DNA from: a virus
Lineage: Duplodnaviria > Caudoviricetes
Virus record (IMG/VR): IMGVR_UViG_3300019371_000265
Coordinates: 32,001 to 96,000 of that record
DNA: 64,000 nt
Strand: one strand, 5' to 3'
Shown here: positions 1 through 10,298 of the stretch, piece by piece
Numbering within the stretch: the first letter of the stretch is position 1
Layout: every line of letters begins with the position of its first letter
Translations under genes and position numbers: made by a program
The notes under the pieces: model-generated
Told to the model about the DNA's origin: nothing
The model's input: only the letters and a program-made list of their open reading frames with translations
Database searches by the model: none

Positions 1-170
1 AATTCCGAAACTAGATTGTCTTTGTCTAATGCATTCTCGTAATCCATTAATCTATTTGCGAGTCTAGCAACCAGTCCGATCTCATTTTTATAAACACGAT
101 AAATTGAATATCCGTAATCGTCCAAGACATCAATAGATCCATCGTCATTTCGTTCTAATATCTTGTTCAT
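1..170 (-). CDS. Hypothetical protein, truncated by window edge
   Basis: ATG at 170 overlapping upstream stop; open frame to position 1. Confidence 0.55.
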   Translation of the reverse strand, partial: MNKILERNDDGSIDVLDDYGYSIYRVYKNEIGLVARLANRLMDYENALDKDNLVSE

Positions 171-388
171 CACTGTTCTCCTTTATTTTCATTAATTCTC
201 AATATAAGCGAATCCTTTTGCTGGAATACTCTAGTCCAACCACCATGGCAATCAGCAAAGTTTCCCTTGAATGCTTCTACTTTTATAAAATCATTTTTAT
301 ACTTTGATATAATGTCTTCTTCAAATTTCGTCTCAGGAGTTAAAATTAGTTGCATATTACCCTCCTGAGACAACACCGATGTTTTCAT
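170..388 (-). CDS. Hypothetical protein (likely start ATG 355)
   Basis: ORF track; AGGAGG before 355. Confidence 0.6.
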   Translation of the reverse strand: MKTSVLSQEGNMQLILTPETKFEEDIISKYKNDFIKVEAFKGNFADCHGGWTRVFQQKDSLILRINENKGEQ

Positions 389-397
389 ACTTTCACC

Positions 398-958
398 TCA
401 CATTTTACTTGGCTTACACATATCAATTTCTTCGCTCAATATATATTTTTCGTTCTTGTAGTCAATGATGAATTTATATTCTTTCCAAGTATCCTCATTA
501 CTTATTACAACATTAAAATATGCAAGATTATCTTTTACATCAACAGAACAATTATTGTTATCAGTTTCCATTCCAGCAATTTCAGCTAAGTTTATTTTGT
601 ACTCCTCTTTATCAATATAAAGATATAAATCACATAACTTTTCCTCATATCTATAATTAATGTATCGCGACTTAATTCTTTGAACTAAATTAAAAGCAGG
701 TTTGTCATCTCTTAAATATTTAATAATTCTTTCTAATTTTTCGAGTCTTTTAAATTTATTATCAATTTCCTCATAGACATCTTCAAGTCTTCTGTTTAAA
801 TCTAATTCATATAGTTCCTTGTAGCATTTTGTTTTTTCTTCAAAATACGCATTTCCAGTTTTCATTTCTTCACAATAGTTAGCCCACTCTTTACGAAATA
901 AATCATCAATATGATTATCTAGTCTTGTGTTAATTTTATTTTCATTCCAAAATAACAT
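398..958 (-). CDS. Hypothetical protein, paralog of 959-1408
   Basis: Shared MLFWN, KLERIIKY, LYxxKEEYKI, WxxYxFxIDY motifs. Confidence 0.75.
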   Translation of the reverse strand: MLFWNENKINTRLDNHIDDLFRKEWANYCEEMKTGNAYFEEKTKCYKELYELDLNRRLEDVYEEIDNKFKRLEKLERIIKYLRDDKPAFNLVQRIKSRYINYRYEEKLCDLYLYIDKEEYKINLAEIAGMETDNNNCSVDVKDNLAYFNVVISNEDTWKEYKFIIDYKNEKYILSEEIDMCKPSKM

Positions 959-1408
959 TTATTCGTTCTCCTTTTTATCATGTTCTACGTCTACTTTTTT
1001 GATAAGCACATATCTACCATTAAAATAGTCTATAACAAAACTATATTTCCTCCATTTTGATTCAGACTTTGATCCATCATCAATTAAAGCGTCAAAATAT
1101 ACCGCATCATCCATAAACTTCAAAGAACAACCATTCGGGTCTGCATATCGAAAGTCTACACCCGCAACTTCAATCTTATATTCCTCTTTATTCACATATA
1201 GAAATATTACATTTGACCAATGATGCCAATCAATAAGACATCCAAGATGAAATGAAACATCTCCATCTATCGAATATTTGATTATTCTTTCGAGTTTCTT
1301 AATTTTCTTAATTAAATCGGAATTATTACACTCAATGTTCTCTTTAATTTTATCAACATCTGTTTTTAGTTTTTCAAATTCAATGTTTTTCCTATTCCAA
1401 AACAGCAT
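959..1408 (-). CDS. Hypothetical protein, paralog of 398-958
   Basis: Same shared motifs; RBS present. Confidence 0.75.
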   Translation of the reverse strand: MLFWNRKNIEFEKLKTDVDKIKENIECNNSDLIKKIKKLERIIKYSIDGDVSFHLGCLIDWHHWSNVIFLYVNKEEYKIEVAGVDFRYADPNGCSLKFMDDAVYFDALIDDGSKSESKWRKYSFVIDYFNGRYVLIKKVDVEHDKKENE

Positions 1409-1442
1409 TTATCTACCCCTCTTTCTCTATAAAATTCCGATT

Positions 1443-1889
1443 CTATTCTGATATTCTATCGTACAAAAATATTGTGATAGTGTAATTACCTGAGAAAATA
1501 TTAGGGGTTATCATTACACTGTTATTAATATTAAACATACCCATTATAGTATCCTCTATAATTTTAAGTGAACAACTTGTTTTTGGCACAGATAAAGCTA
1601 CGGAATATTTGGGATCACTAACATCAATTTTCAATAAATGTTGCTCACCTTTATAGTATTTGGTGATATAATTTGCAACTTTCTCTCCAATTTGCTTTGT
1701 TATAGGATACAAAATATCCATCCATACTGTGTAATCGCTAAGACTTTCAGAATTTTCTATGTAAAATTTCAATCTATCAATATCGTCATTTTTATTATGA
1801 TGATACACATCATACTTATTTGGAACCTTAAAAACGTTAGTTATTTCATTTGTTACCCTCTGATCATAAACTTTTGATGTATTAAACAT
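1443..1889 (-). CDS. Hypothetical protein
   Basis: ORF with AAGGAG RBS; stop inside repeat site 1429-1446. Confidence 0.7.
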   Translation of the reverse strand: MFNTSKVYDQRVTNEITNVFKVPNKYDVYHHNKNDDIDRLKFYIENSESLSDYTVWMDILYPITKQIGEKVANYITKYYKGEQHLLKIDVSDPKYSVALSVPKTSCSLKIIEDTIMGMFNINNSVMITPNIFSGNYTITIFLYDRISE

Positions 1890-1932
1890 TTTTGCTCCTT
1901 TCTATTAAATATTTCACTGTCAAATATCGGTT

Positions 1933-2259
1933 TTACTCACTACAAATTCCAAATGAAGTAATAGTCATGTTATTAACGATTTTGTCTAAAAGATCAACAC
2001 TTTCACATGTTCCGCCATGCCAAACGTATCCATCAACCCAAACCACGTTTTCGTCTTCTAAAAATTTGATGCTGTCACATGTACCTATTACCGTAGATGC
2101 ACCATCTTTATCTACATACTCAAGTGGTCTACTGGTAAAGTTCTCGCATGCCTTTTTAATCGCATCAATGTTAAACATAATGCCGTTCCCATCTGGTTTA
2201 TCCACTGGGACTGGAATCTTAAATGTTACGCCTATGTATTCACTTCTAATATCTATCAC
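1933..2259 (-). CDS. Hypothetical protein
   Basis: ORF bounded by two repeat sites. Confidence 0.65.
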   Translation of the reverse strand: MIDIRSEYIGVTFKIPVPVDKPDGNGIMFNIDAIKKACENFTSRPLEYVDKDGASTVIGTCDSIKFLEDENVVWVDGYVWHGGTCESVDLLDKIVNNMTITSFGICSE

Positions 2260-2289
2260 CTTCTCTCATTTCTGAGTCAACTCCACATT

Positions 2290-2775
2290 TTACCGTGAAT
2301 TTAATAATTCAATTGCCTTCTTTACGTTCTTTTCTTTTAGCCCATATTTAAACGAAGTCTGTACCAATCTGTCCATATGTGGTTTCATATCATTGTCATC
2401 GTCAATAATTATGAACGACCCAACGTTCTCTCCGTTCCATTTCCTTAACCACGAATCAATTTCTTCTCCTCTGTATCCACCGGATAATATTGGTGTACGA
2501 GACATAAATTTTATTCCAAACTCGTTCATCTTTTCTTCTAATTTTGTGAAATGTTCTGCGTTTAACGACTGGTGATTATAGTCTCTGTCAAACCAACCCA
2601 TTCTCCATGTTGAAGATAAAACGATCTTGGAATCTGTGGCATCTACAATTTCTTTTAATAATTTAATCTTGTTATCGTTTACGAAGTAAATGCTTCCTAT
2701 TTTACTTCTACAACCATTAAAATTTAACACTCCATCTATATCTAAGAATATTACCTTAATGCTTATCCACCTCAC
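2290..2775 (-). CDS. HAD-superfamily domain protein (RNA-repair-associated type)
   Basis: IFLDIDGVLN motif I, IVLSSTWR, IIDD. Confidence 0.8.
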   Translation of the reverse strand: MRWISIKVIFLDIDGVLNFNGCRSKIGSIYFVNDNKIKLLKEIVDATDSKIVLSSTWRMGWFDRDYNHQSLNAEHFTKLEEKMNEFGIKFMSRTPILSGGYRGEEIDSWLRKWNGENVGSFIIIDDDNDMKPHMDRLVQTSFKYGLKEKNVKKAIELLNSR

Positions 2776-2836
2776 TTTTAATCACGGCATAATGCTCTTT
2801 GACATACTATTTTGTTTGGAAATTTTATAAGATTCA

Positions 2837-2862
2837 AAGTCTTGTTTTCCTGCGCCAACAGG
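2837..2862 (-). promoter_or_regulatory. UUGGCG hairpin + AAACAAGACUU motif
   Basis: Minus strand cctg-ttggcg-cagg-a-aaacaagactt. Confidence 0.7.
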
Positions 2863-3168
2863 TTAAATCACTACTGCTTCATCGAAAATATCTGCTACTA
2901 AATCCAACGCATCAAACTGCGCTCTATCGTTCTGGTATATGTATTCAGATCCGCATGTTACCGCCGATTCATGTTTCTTGGCGTACGTTTCGATTAGTTT
3001 AATGACCTTTTCTTTATCAATAACCATATCATGCCTCCAAATTATCGAGTATGTCTTCTTTAAACGCCTTTGCGCTCCCGTACATTTCATCACACTAGGC
3101 ATGACCATGTTCAAAATCTGCATATTCATCTGCACAATCATCTTTAAATTTACAACCATAACAAGCAA
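2863..3168 (-). CDS. Hypothetical protein (true start probably ~3027, MVIDKEK)
   Basis: ORF track; GGAGG upstream of internal ATG. Confidence 0.5.
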   Translation of the reverse strand: MLVMVVNLKMIVQMNMQILNMVMPSVMKCTGAQRRLKKTYSIIWRHDMVIDKEKVIKLIETYAKKHESAVTCGSEYIYQNDRAQFDALDLVADIFDEAVVI

Positions 3169-3213
3169 GTGCCTGAAGTAATTCTACTTCGTTCATATAA
3201 ATATACCTCCATA

Positions 3214-3600
3214 TTAATATCTGTGTTCATCTTCATTTACCTCCAACCGAGCATCACCATTGCACAATGCCCATGTGAGAATACTAATTACCTTTCTGAC
3301 TTCATTTTTAGTAAATACTGCGAATAAAGTATTATCATCAAAATCAACATCACTAGTATCTATTGTAGAAAAATCAGCATGATAGTTTGTAATATTATTT
3401 GGAATATCGTTATATCCACAATCTGTCCCGTATTCAATACATGGACACAAGTACGTTACTCCGTTAAAACCAAACTTACCTTCTCTTTCATAGTATCCGG
3501 TTTTAACCATAATGTTATCATCTAACACATTTGGCTCATATACAGTAAATACCGTACCATCTGGTTCTCTGAGGAACTGTTCTTTATTCATAATTCTCAT
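3214..3600 (-). CDS. Hypothetical phage protein
   Basis: ORF with GAGG RBS. Confidence 0.7.
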   Translation of the reverse strand: MRIMNKEQFLREPDGTVFTVYEPNVLDDNIMVKTGYYEREGKFGFNGVTYLCPCIEYGTDCGYNDIPNNITNYHADFSTIDTSDVDFDDNTLFAVFTKNEVRKVISILTWALCNGDARLEVNEDEHRY

Positions 3601-3647
3601 ATTTAACCTCTAAATTCACTGTAGAATTTCCCTTTTACTGACTCACT

Positions 3648-3887
3648 TTAACAATCCAGTTCATCAATACCCATAAATTCACTTGCAAGGAATCCGTCAA
3701 AAGCATCATATACCTTTTCGACGATCTCTTCACAAATTCCATCTTGTTCCATCTGGTCGGCAAAATCATCATCGCAGTTCTTAGAACCAAAATCTGTTTT
3801 TATATGCTTCTTTGTATACGTACTCCCATCTTCCAAGATTATGGTTTCAATACAACCACCTTTCGCTCTTTCAATCGTATATTTCAT
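3648..3887 (-). CDS. Small acidic hypothetical protein
   Basis: ORF with RBS. Confidence 0.65.
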   Translation of the reverse strand: MKYTIERAKGGCIETIILEDGSTYTKKHIKTDFGSKNCDDDFADQMEQDGICEEIVEKVYDAFDGFLASEFMGIDELDC

Positions 3888-4059
3888 TATCCTATTTTCC
3901 TTTCTTAAAAAATTTGCGAATCTTCATTTTAATTGATCTGAATAAATAGCCTATGCCGTACACTAAGACCACAATCAAGAATAATCCAAGTGCAATTAAT
4001 CCAACAATATCTTCTAATCTAAGAATTAACATTTCAACCTCCTGTTTTTTATTGACTCG

Positions 4060-4839
4060 CTAGTTTGCTACTAAATCTGTCTGATTTGCATTGATTATCA
4101 TTTCGACAACCTTTAACTGCCCTTTGCCTGTTACGAGTGTTTTAGGCTTCACCATGATTTTATCACCTTGCTCAAAGGTAACTTCAATTACTTTAAACCA
4201 ACCTCGTTCTATGTATGTTTGATATGGTGTGTTGTCAGACATAAGAATTTTCTTATCCTTCAACATCTGGAATAGCCTATTTCTACCAATATCAATATTG
4301 TTTTTCTCATGTAACATTTTCGCCATACTACCCATATCAATAGAGTTGTCAGCTTTAGTTACAGTTGTTGCAAAATTTACAAGTGGCTCATTTTCTTCAA
4401 TTACCTTCTTCAATGGCTCCGTAATAACCTCTTCGAATCTTCTAACTGCCACAGCTCTTTCTATATCACCTTCCGCATTTACGATTGCTAAGATGGCAGC
4501 ATCTTTATTCGTCAACGAGTGTCTGATGGTTTCTTCCATTTTGTTAAACGCCTTGATATATTTAAGTTTCCATTCAAGTGCCTTGCTCCCGGTAAATCCC
4601 ATCACCAACAAGGAGAAGCCATCTCTGTTCATCAAGTATTCTGGATATTCACGCCCTCTGTCTGTTTTGTACGTGGACGAAAAGAGCATATTTTTCACGG
4701 CGGAATTTTCCGCTATGAGATTTCTCACCGTTTCAAGCACATCTTTATGCTGTTTTTCGAACCTTTCAGCAACCTCTCTACTACTCACGACGGGTTCCCC
4801 ATTATATAAAACTAAATTAATATCGCTTATTTTAATCAC
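4060..4839 (-). CDS. Rha-domain + ANT/KilAC antirepressor
   Basis: VSSREVAERFEKQHKDVL...YLMNRDGFSLLVMGFTG (Rha); IGRNRLF...PYQxYI...TLVTGKGQ (KilAC). Confidence 0.9.
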   Translation of the reverse strand: MIKISDINLVLYNGEPVVSSREVAERFEKQHKDVLETVRNLIAENSAVKNMLFSSTYKTDRGREYPEYLMNRDGFSLLVMGFTGSKALEWKLKYIKAFNKMEETIRHSLTNKDAAILAIVNAEGDIERAVAVRRFEEVITEPLKKVIEENEPLVNFATTVTKADNSIDMGSMAKMLHEKNNIDIGRNRLFQMLKDKKILMSDNTPYQTYIERGWFKVIEVTFEQGDKIMVKPKTLVTGKGQLKVVEMIINANQTDLVAN

Positions 4840-4896
4840 TCTCCTTTTAATTTTTCTCCGTCAAATCTTGCATTTACTGGTAATTTAAATATAAGC

Positions 4897-5091
4897 CTAA
4901 TTTCCCAATATCCAATCAAGCCACATACAATAGCAATTACTGGCTGATTTCGTTCCTGTGTAGATCTTATCGCAATCCTCTTTTAATCCACATAGTTCAC
5001 AGGTTGCACAATCGCTCACCATATCCGCTATTTCTTCAGGAGATTTAATATTTTTCATACAATTTACCTCACTTAATTTAAATTCCATCAA
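4897..5091 (-). CDS. Small Cys-rich hypothetical protein
   Basis: CxxCxxC cluster; bounded by repeat sites. Confidence 0.55.
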   Translation of the reverse strand: MMEFKLSEVNCMKNIKSPEEIADMVSDCATCELCGLKEDCDKIYTGTKSASNCYCMWLDWILGN

Positions 5092-5205
5092 TCAACAATT
5101 TTACTTATTATTTAATAACAATGTCCTGTGCTCCCACCACCATCACAATGACCTGCCATCTGCCTACTCAGCCTAACTACCATTCTTAAAAAATTAGTAT
5201 ACATT

Positions 5206-6060
5206 TTATACCCATCCTTTCATCAATTCACCATTCTCATAAACTACACCATACTTATTTTTCGGTTTTCTCAGAGCATTACCAATTACTTTAGCCCCAT
5301 CTCCCAAGGAAGCCTGTAATGTTTCCTCACACATAAAGCACGATCTTTTTAATAAAACAGGAGTCTTAAATCCATCTAATATTTCATTCATATTCAGATA
5401 AGTTTGGCAACCACATGAATACGGTGATCCTAACGTTATTCCGAATACCTTTTCAAATGATACAAATACATCTTTTCCATGTTGAATCTCAGATAGCTTA
5501 ATACTATTGAATCCCATTTCATCATAATGTATCAGGCAATTAGAAATGTCGTCTTTTGTATAGAGAAACGGTTTAACAATATTTAAATTTATTCTGATTT
5601 TCTCCTTGTATGGAAGCGATGCGTAAAACTTTTGCCTATCATATTTAGATTTAGTTCTTCTAATTTCATCGGCAACGTCTTCCTGATAGTGCTGCACCGA
5701 CAAATTAATTCCGTCAAGGTGCTCGACCAGCTCCATGAATTTGTCGTATTCGTCGTAGCATATTTTCGGAACCGATGTGGTTACGTAAAGTTTTAGCGAT
5801 GTGTTATCTTTAATTCTCTTAACGCAATCTAATAGTTCATCGAGATATAAACATGGCTCTCCTCCAAGAAACAACACATCATCTAATCCATCTTGATTAT
5901 CAATTATCGTTTGCGCTATTGCATTAACATCTGGCTTCGATATGCTCATTCCTTCATAACATTTATCAATGCAGTGTGCGCAATTATTATCACAGGCACT
6001 TGTAAAATGTACATCAAACGAATTATATATCCCGTCACAGCAATTACATTTAAGTTTCAT
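5206..6060 (-). CDS. Radical SAM protein
   Basis: CDNNCAHC (CxxxCxxC) and GGEP motifs. Confidence 0.9.
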   Translation of the reverse strand: MKLKCNCCDGIYNSFDVHFTSACDNNCAHCIDKCYEGMSISKPDVNAIAQTIIDNQDGLDDVLFLGGEPCLYLDELLDCVKRIKDNTSLKLYVTTSVPKICYDEYDKFMELVEHLDGINLSVQHYQEDVADEIRRTKSKYDRQKFYASLPYKEKIRINLNIVKPFLYTKDDISNCLIHYDEMGFNSIKLSEIQHGKDVFVSFEKVFGITLGSPYSCGCQTYLNMNEILDGFKTPVLLKRSCFMCEETLQASLGDGAKVIGNALRKPKNKYGVVYENGELMKGWV

Positions 6061-6114
6061 TTTCTCTCCTTCTCCATCAAATTTTGGATTGACTTACTTA
6101 TTTGGACTTTTGGT

Positions 6115-6306
6115 TTAAAGTCTAAAGAATTCCCGTTTAAACCCGTTTGGATTTTTTGTTCCAAATACTTTTTCTCCATCAACCAGTACCTCATCTACGG
6201 AATAAAACATATCTCCAAATTCCCTTAATGCAACAAGGATTAAATCTTCTACGTCTCCTTTTGTATCATTTGTAGTAAGTGGTATTTTAATAACCATTTC
6301 TTTCAT
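6115..6306 (-). CDS. Hypothetical protein
   Basis: ORF downstream of operator-flanked promoter. Confidence 0.6.
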   Translation of the reverse strand: MKEMVIKIPLTTNDTKGDVEDLILVALREFGDMFYSVDEVLVDGEKVFGTKNPNGFKREFFRL

Positions 6307-6345
6307 ATTATACCTTCTTTCTCAAAGTAATTTCTAATTTGATAA

Positions 6346-6414
6346 ATTTTATTTCAATCTATATTTATATATTACTCCTCTTAAATAGCAATGTCAAGCA
6401 TTTTATTTCAATCT
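6346..6414 (-). promoter_or_regulatory. SigA promoter flanked by two AGATTGAAATAAAAT boxes
   Basis: TTGACA(6397-6392)-17-TAATAT; boxes 6346-6360 and 6400-6414. Confidence 0.75.
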
Positions 6415-6993
6415 ATTAAGCAACTCATCTAAGCGACTCTGACTGGCGGATATAGATGCATGCAGCGACTCAATCTCTTTCAATCTCTCACGTTCTTCCT
6501 TCTCTTTTAAGAGTTCTTCGTTGACTCTATAGAAGTCATCTTCATAATCCCAGTATGAATGTTCGTCTCCTTGCCACCTATAATCCATCAATAAGCATGT
6601 CTTACTTAGCCTGAGAGCTGGAGCTTGCCAATCGCAATCATGACCACAGCAGTCTTTGTCTTCTCTGTAATCTTCGTCTCCTAGTTTACACCAACAATAG
6701 CCGTCACCAGGTCTTAAATCAATAAAAATTTCAAACTCATATGTACAATTTGATAAACTAACCAAAATTTTTCCAAGTGATAGATAATCTTTTTCGTCAT
6801 TTACAATATACCTAATGTCATAAAATTCAGACCCGCATAAATCGCTTAAGAATTCACTATCTGGATTTTTTTCCAATGATTGTTGTAGTGTTGCCAATAT
6901 AAAAGGAATATCTATTTCATCATCGTGTTTATCGTGTTCATAAGTTAATTCTTTTATAACCTTGTTAATAAAATTGCTTACATTATTTTCCAC
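6403..6993 (-). CDS. Acidic Cys-containing hypothetical protein
   Basis: ORF with GGGGA RBS. Confidence 0.7.
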   Translation of the reverse strand: MENNVSNFINKVIKELTYEHDKHDDEIDIPFILATLQQSLEKNPDSEFLSDLCGSEFYDIRYIVNDEKDYLSLGKILVSLSNCTYEFEIFIDLRPGDGYCWCKLGDEDYREDKDCCGHDCDWQAPALRLSKTCLLMDYRWQGDEHSYWDYEDDFYRVNEELLKEKEERERLKEIESLHASISASQSRLDELLNRLK

Positions 6994-7306
6994 AATTAAT
7001 TCCCCTTCTCAGTCAAATTTTCGATTGACTTACTTATTCAAATTTCAATCTTGTTTATTACATTTAAAATGCTCACTGTCCAAAATAGTATCTAATAATT
7101 CTTCAAAAAAACTCATCTCCATCACCTCGATAATATTCGAAATCACAATTATGATTACTACATTTTAGGCTAGTAGACGTATCAATGACTCCCCAATGTC
7201 TTATTTTAACTTTTTTTGTGGTATTCCAGTTTCTGGGTTTATATACTGTTCTTTGTCAAACCCATGTTCTTGCGTTACCAGTAATTTTTCTTTACATACA
7301 GGACAA

Positions 7307-7504
7307 TTATAATTTCTTTCGCCCATTCTCCACCTCCACTACAGTAAGACCATCTACTGCATAGCCGCCACGATATCCCTCCAGCAGTACGCATTCTGTA
7401 CCACATAAGTTCCATGATTCACTACGGACTTCAAATATTTTCCCTTTATTACTCTCTGCAACCCTGTATTTATCATTCATAACAACTCTATCTCCAATTT
7501 TCAT
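7307..7504 (-). CDS. Small hypothetical protein (KOW/SH3-like N-terminus)
   Basis: MKIGDRV start; RBS. Confidence 0.6.
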   Translation of the reverse strand: MKIGDRVVMNDKYRVAESNKGKIFEVRSESWNLCGTECVLLEGYRGGYAVDGLTVVEVENGRKKL

Positions 7505-7565
7505 AATTCCACCTTTCTCCCGATTCTCCGGGAAATTTTAGTATCAAATATTTGTTTTACGGTAT

Positions 7566-7991
7566 TTATTTTGATTTAACATACATATTGATTATTGGCA
7601 CTGCGTTGCGCGAAGAAATAAAAGAATGATTTCTGTCTCCCTCTGGCAATTCAAAAGAATCTATATATGCTTGCGAAGCTTCTAAATTATCAAAGTCATA
7701 TTCTTCACAGTTAAAACCGAGCCACACTGGAGAACCAAATAGCCACCCATCAGCACCAACATGATATTTTCCACCAATCATCGAGTTATATCTAATACCT
7801 TCCCACGGCTTCTTCTCGCAGACCGAATATTCCCATTTGTCAACCATTTTCTTTGCCATTACAAAATAATTTTTAGTGATAGCAATTACCTTTAATGGTT
7901 TCTTCCAATCATTGATCTTTATCAGATCTCCAACTTTTACAGAGTCCAGAAGTTCTCTAGTGATTTCCGTAAAACATTCATAATCTCCCAT
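7566..7991 (-). CDS. Hypothetical protein
   Basis: ORF with AAGGAG RBS. Confidence 0.7.
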   Translation of the reverse strand: MGDYECFTEITRELLDSVKVGDLIKINDWKKPLKVIAITKNYFVMAKKMVDKWEYSVCEKKPWEGIRYNSMIGGKYHVGADGWLFGSPVWLGFNCEEYDFDNLEASQAYIDSFELPEGDRNHSFISSRNAVPIINMYVKSK

Positions 7992-8433
7992 TTAATCTTT
8001 CTCCTTATAAATTTTCTTAACTTCTACTCGTCAATATTCTTATCATACAAATATTCTAAAATCTGAAATTGGTCTGGAACATTTGTAACGCATAAATTCG
8101 AACATCTTACGAGATCAATATCGTTGTATCGCTTTTTGTATATTTCCCATCTTTCATCATCGCATAAAATTAATTGATCAAGTTCCAATCCTTTTTCGTT
8201 TGAGGAGAATGTATTGGAATCACTTTAGTTCCATCGTTAAATATTGCAAACGGATTCCAACTTCCAAATCTACATTCCACAATTTCTTCTTTGTTGTTAT
8301 TGCAGAACCACTCAAACAAATTATTTGTCAGTTTTGAATTATAACCCATAAATCCAATTACTAAAGATTTTGGCTCCGTTTCACATCCTATAATACACGT
8401 TGAAATACTATCACTACCCTTCTTTTATACTAA

Positions 8434-8721
8434 TTATTTGTCCTTACCTTCACTCCACTCAGCAGCTACATCCGCATGATATTCGTTCATAAACTCCCAA
8501 AATGTATCTTCGCTTAATCCGTCGTCTGTATTATAATAATCGTTTTCAAAGCATTCTGAAACATAATCTCCGCATCTATCACACGAATGCCAACTATATA
8601 TCGTTCCATCAAATTCGTGTTTTGAATAACGATACTTTTCTCCGCTTTCAATTATCTTCCCGCAGTAATCGCAGACATGTCGTTTTTTAGCCTTTACCCT
8701 CTTACTCTCTAAGGTATTCAT
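8434..8721 (-). CDS. Zinc-finger-like hypothetical protein
   Basis: HVCDYCG...CDRC. Confidence 0.7.
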   Translation of the reverse strand: MNTLESKRVKAKKRHVCDYCGKIIESGEKYRYSKHEFDGTIYSWHSCDRCGDYVSECFENDYYNTDDGLSEDTFWEFMNEYHADVAAEWSEGKDK

Positions 8722-8773
8722 TTATTTACCCCCCCACCTCCGTTTCTCCATCAATCTTTGATTCTACTGCGTA

Positions 8774-8983
8774 TTATCTATCTGAAAACATTAAGATCTT
8801 ACATATGTCATAAAAATTCCAACCAGAATAATGAATCAATCCTGTTTTAAACGTCACCTCATAATATTCAATGTCTCCATCTGAATCATATTCAATATCA
8901 CTAATTAAACCAATCTCCAAATAATGATCTTCTTGCTCGTCAATTATTAAAACATAATCATCCTTTCGAATTAATCTATTCAT
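8774..8983 (-). CDS. Hypothetical protein
   Basis: ORF with GGAGG RBS. Confidence 0.6.
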   Translation of the reverse strand: MNRLIRKDDYVLIIDEQEDHYLEIGLISDIEYDSDGDIEYYEVTFKTGLIHYSGWNFYDICKILMFSDR

Positions 8984-9184
8984 TTTCCCTCCACCATCTT
9001 TTCAATCTCGGTTTTAATAAAAACTAATTCTGCAAATCTCCCATCTCCATAGCCTAAATCATAAATTCCTTCTCCATCAAGATCGTCTGGTTCTTCTGAA
9101 TCTACGTTACCCATTTCTTCAATTCTCTTATTTAAAAACTCTAAAATCTTATCCATTTATCCTTCTCCTCATCAAATATAAATT

Positions 9185-9460
9185 CTACTTGGCTATATAT
9201 AGGCTTCCATCAGCATTGTACCTTGGACATATAGAAATACTCCTATGCCCTCCACCTAATTCTGTTCCAACTACAACATAGTTTACACCCGTATCATCAT
9301 CTACAATTTTAAGCGTTTGATAATTTCCATTCTCATTTTCAAACCAAATCTTTAGTGGGTTATCCTGTTTTGCATATGTATTTACCGATGCACAGCCAAT
9401 CAAAATTCCAGATATCATAAATGATACAGCTATTAAAATATTTCTAATTTTTGTTTTCAT
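9185..9460 (-). CDS. Secreted/membrane DUF6440-like protein
   Basis: N-terminal signal/TM; IVDxxTGVNY...PRYNADG. Confidence 0.65.
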   Translation of the reverse strand: MKTKIRNILIAVSFMISGILIGCASVNTYAKQDNPLKIWFENENGNYQTLKIVDDDTGVNYVVVGTELGGGHRSISICPRYNADGSLYIAK

Positions 9461-9470
9461 TATTTCTTCC

Positions 9471-9842
9471 TCAACTTTCGCATTCTTTTACAAATGTTAA
9501 TCCATAATCTTCTTCGTCTTTCTGCATTGCGTCTCCTAGACTTTTTGCTTCTGTAATATCGCAAACACATCTCACGTCTTCAGATCTACGACTTAATTCA
9601 CTAATTAAATTATCTGCACACCATGTTCCATCATTGTAATGAAAATTAACTTGTTCATTATCCCAATGCTCTGGAACCGACAACACAGTTCTAACAGTAA
9701 AATTGACCACTACGGTTTTAGATCTTATTACGCAATCATCTTTATGTTGTTCTCCTAATAATCTACCACAATAAAAACACCTATCCGGTTCACCAGCTGG
9801 TCTCGTGGAAGATTCTGTTACTGTCCAATCATTTCTAATCAT
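9471..9842 (-). CDS. Hypothetical phage protein (Cys/His motif)
   Basis: CFYC...HxxxC. Confidence 0.65.
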   Translation of the reverse strand: MIRNDWTVTESSTRPAGEPDRCFYCGRLLGEQHKDDCVIRSKTVVVNFTVRTVLSVPEHWDNEQVNFHYNDGTWCADNLISELSRRSEDVRCVCDITEAKSLGDAMQKDEEDYGLTFVKECES

Positions 9843-9880
9843 TGCTCATTCTCCTTTCATATCTCCGTCAAATTGGGAAT

Positions 9881-10036
9881 TTATAGCACCACAACTCCAT
9901 TTTCCACTTCTATATCTAATTCGCTTAAATCTCTTGTTCCGTAATAATATCCACCGCCATCGGCATATTGAATTTCACATTCCAGCTTTTCATAATTACG
10001 TTTCTTTGCCCATTCATATAATTCTTCTATTGTCAT
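9881..10036 (-). CDS. 51-aa hypothetical protein (not in ORF track)
   Basis: GGAGG + ATG; MTIEELYEWAKK...; stop inside repeat site 9867-9884. Confidence 0.6.
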   Translation of the reverse strand: MTIEELYEWAKKRNYEKLECEIQYADGGGYYYGTRDLSELDIEVENGVVVL

Positions 10037-10054
10037 CGTTATTACCTCCAATTT

Positions 10055-10282
10055 TTATTCCAATTCACATAAAGCATCAATTGCATCATTCTTTCCTTTA
10101 TTAATCTTTTTGATTGCAGAAAGACTTGCCAGACACTCCTGATTCTCTGAGCATAAAGAGTCATAATCTCCCATCACCGCCGAATGAAGAGTCATATATA
10201 CTTTCTTCTGTAAGTTCTGGCTATATATTTCTTTTAATATTTCTTCAAATGTCATATCGTATACCCCTTTTCTCTCTGTCAA
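10055..10282 (-). CDS. Hypothetical protein
   Basis: ORF track; likely start MTFEE. Confidence 0.6.
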   Translation of the reverse strand: MTERKGVYDMTFEEILKEIYSQNLQKKVYMTLHSAVMGDYDSLCSENQECLASLSAIKKINKGKNDAIDALCELE

Positions 10283-10298
10283 ATAAGAGATTGGCTGA

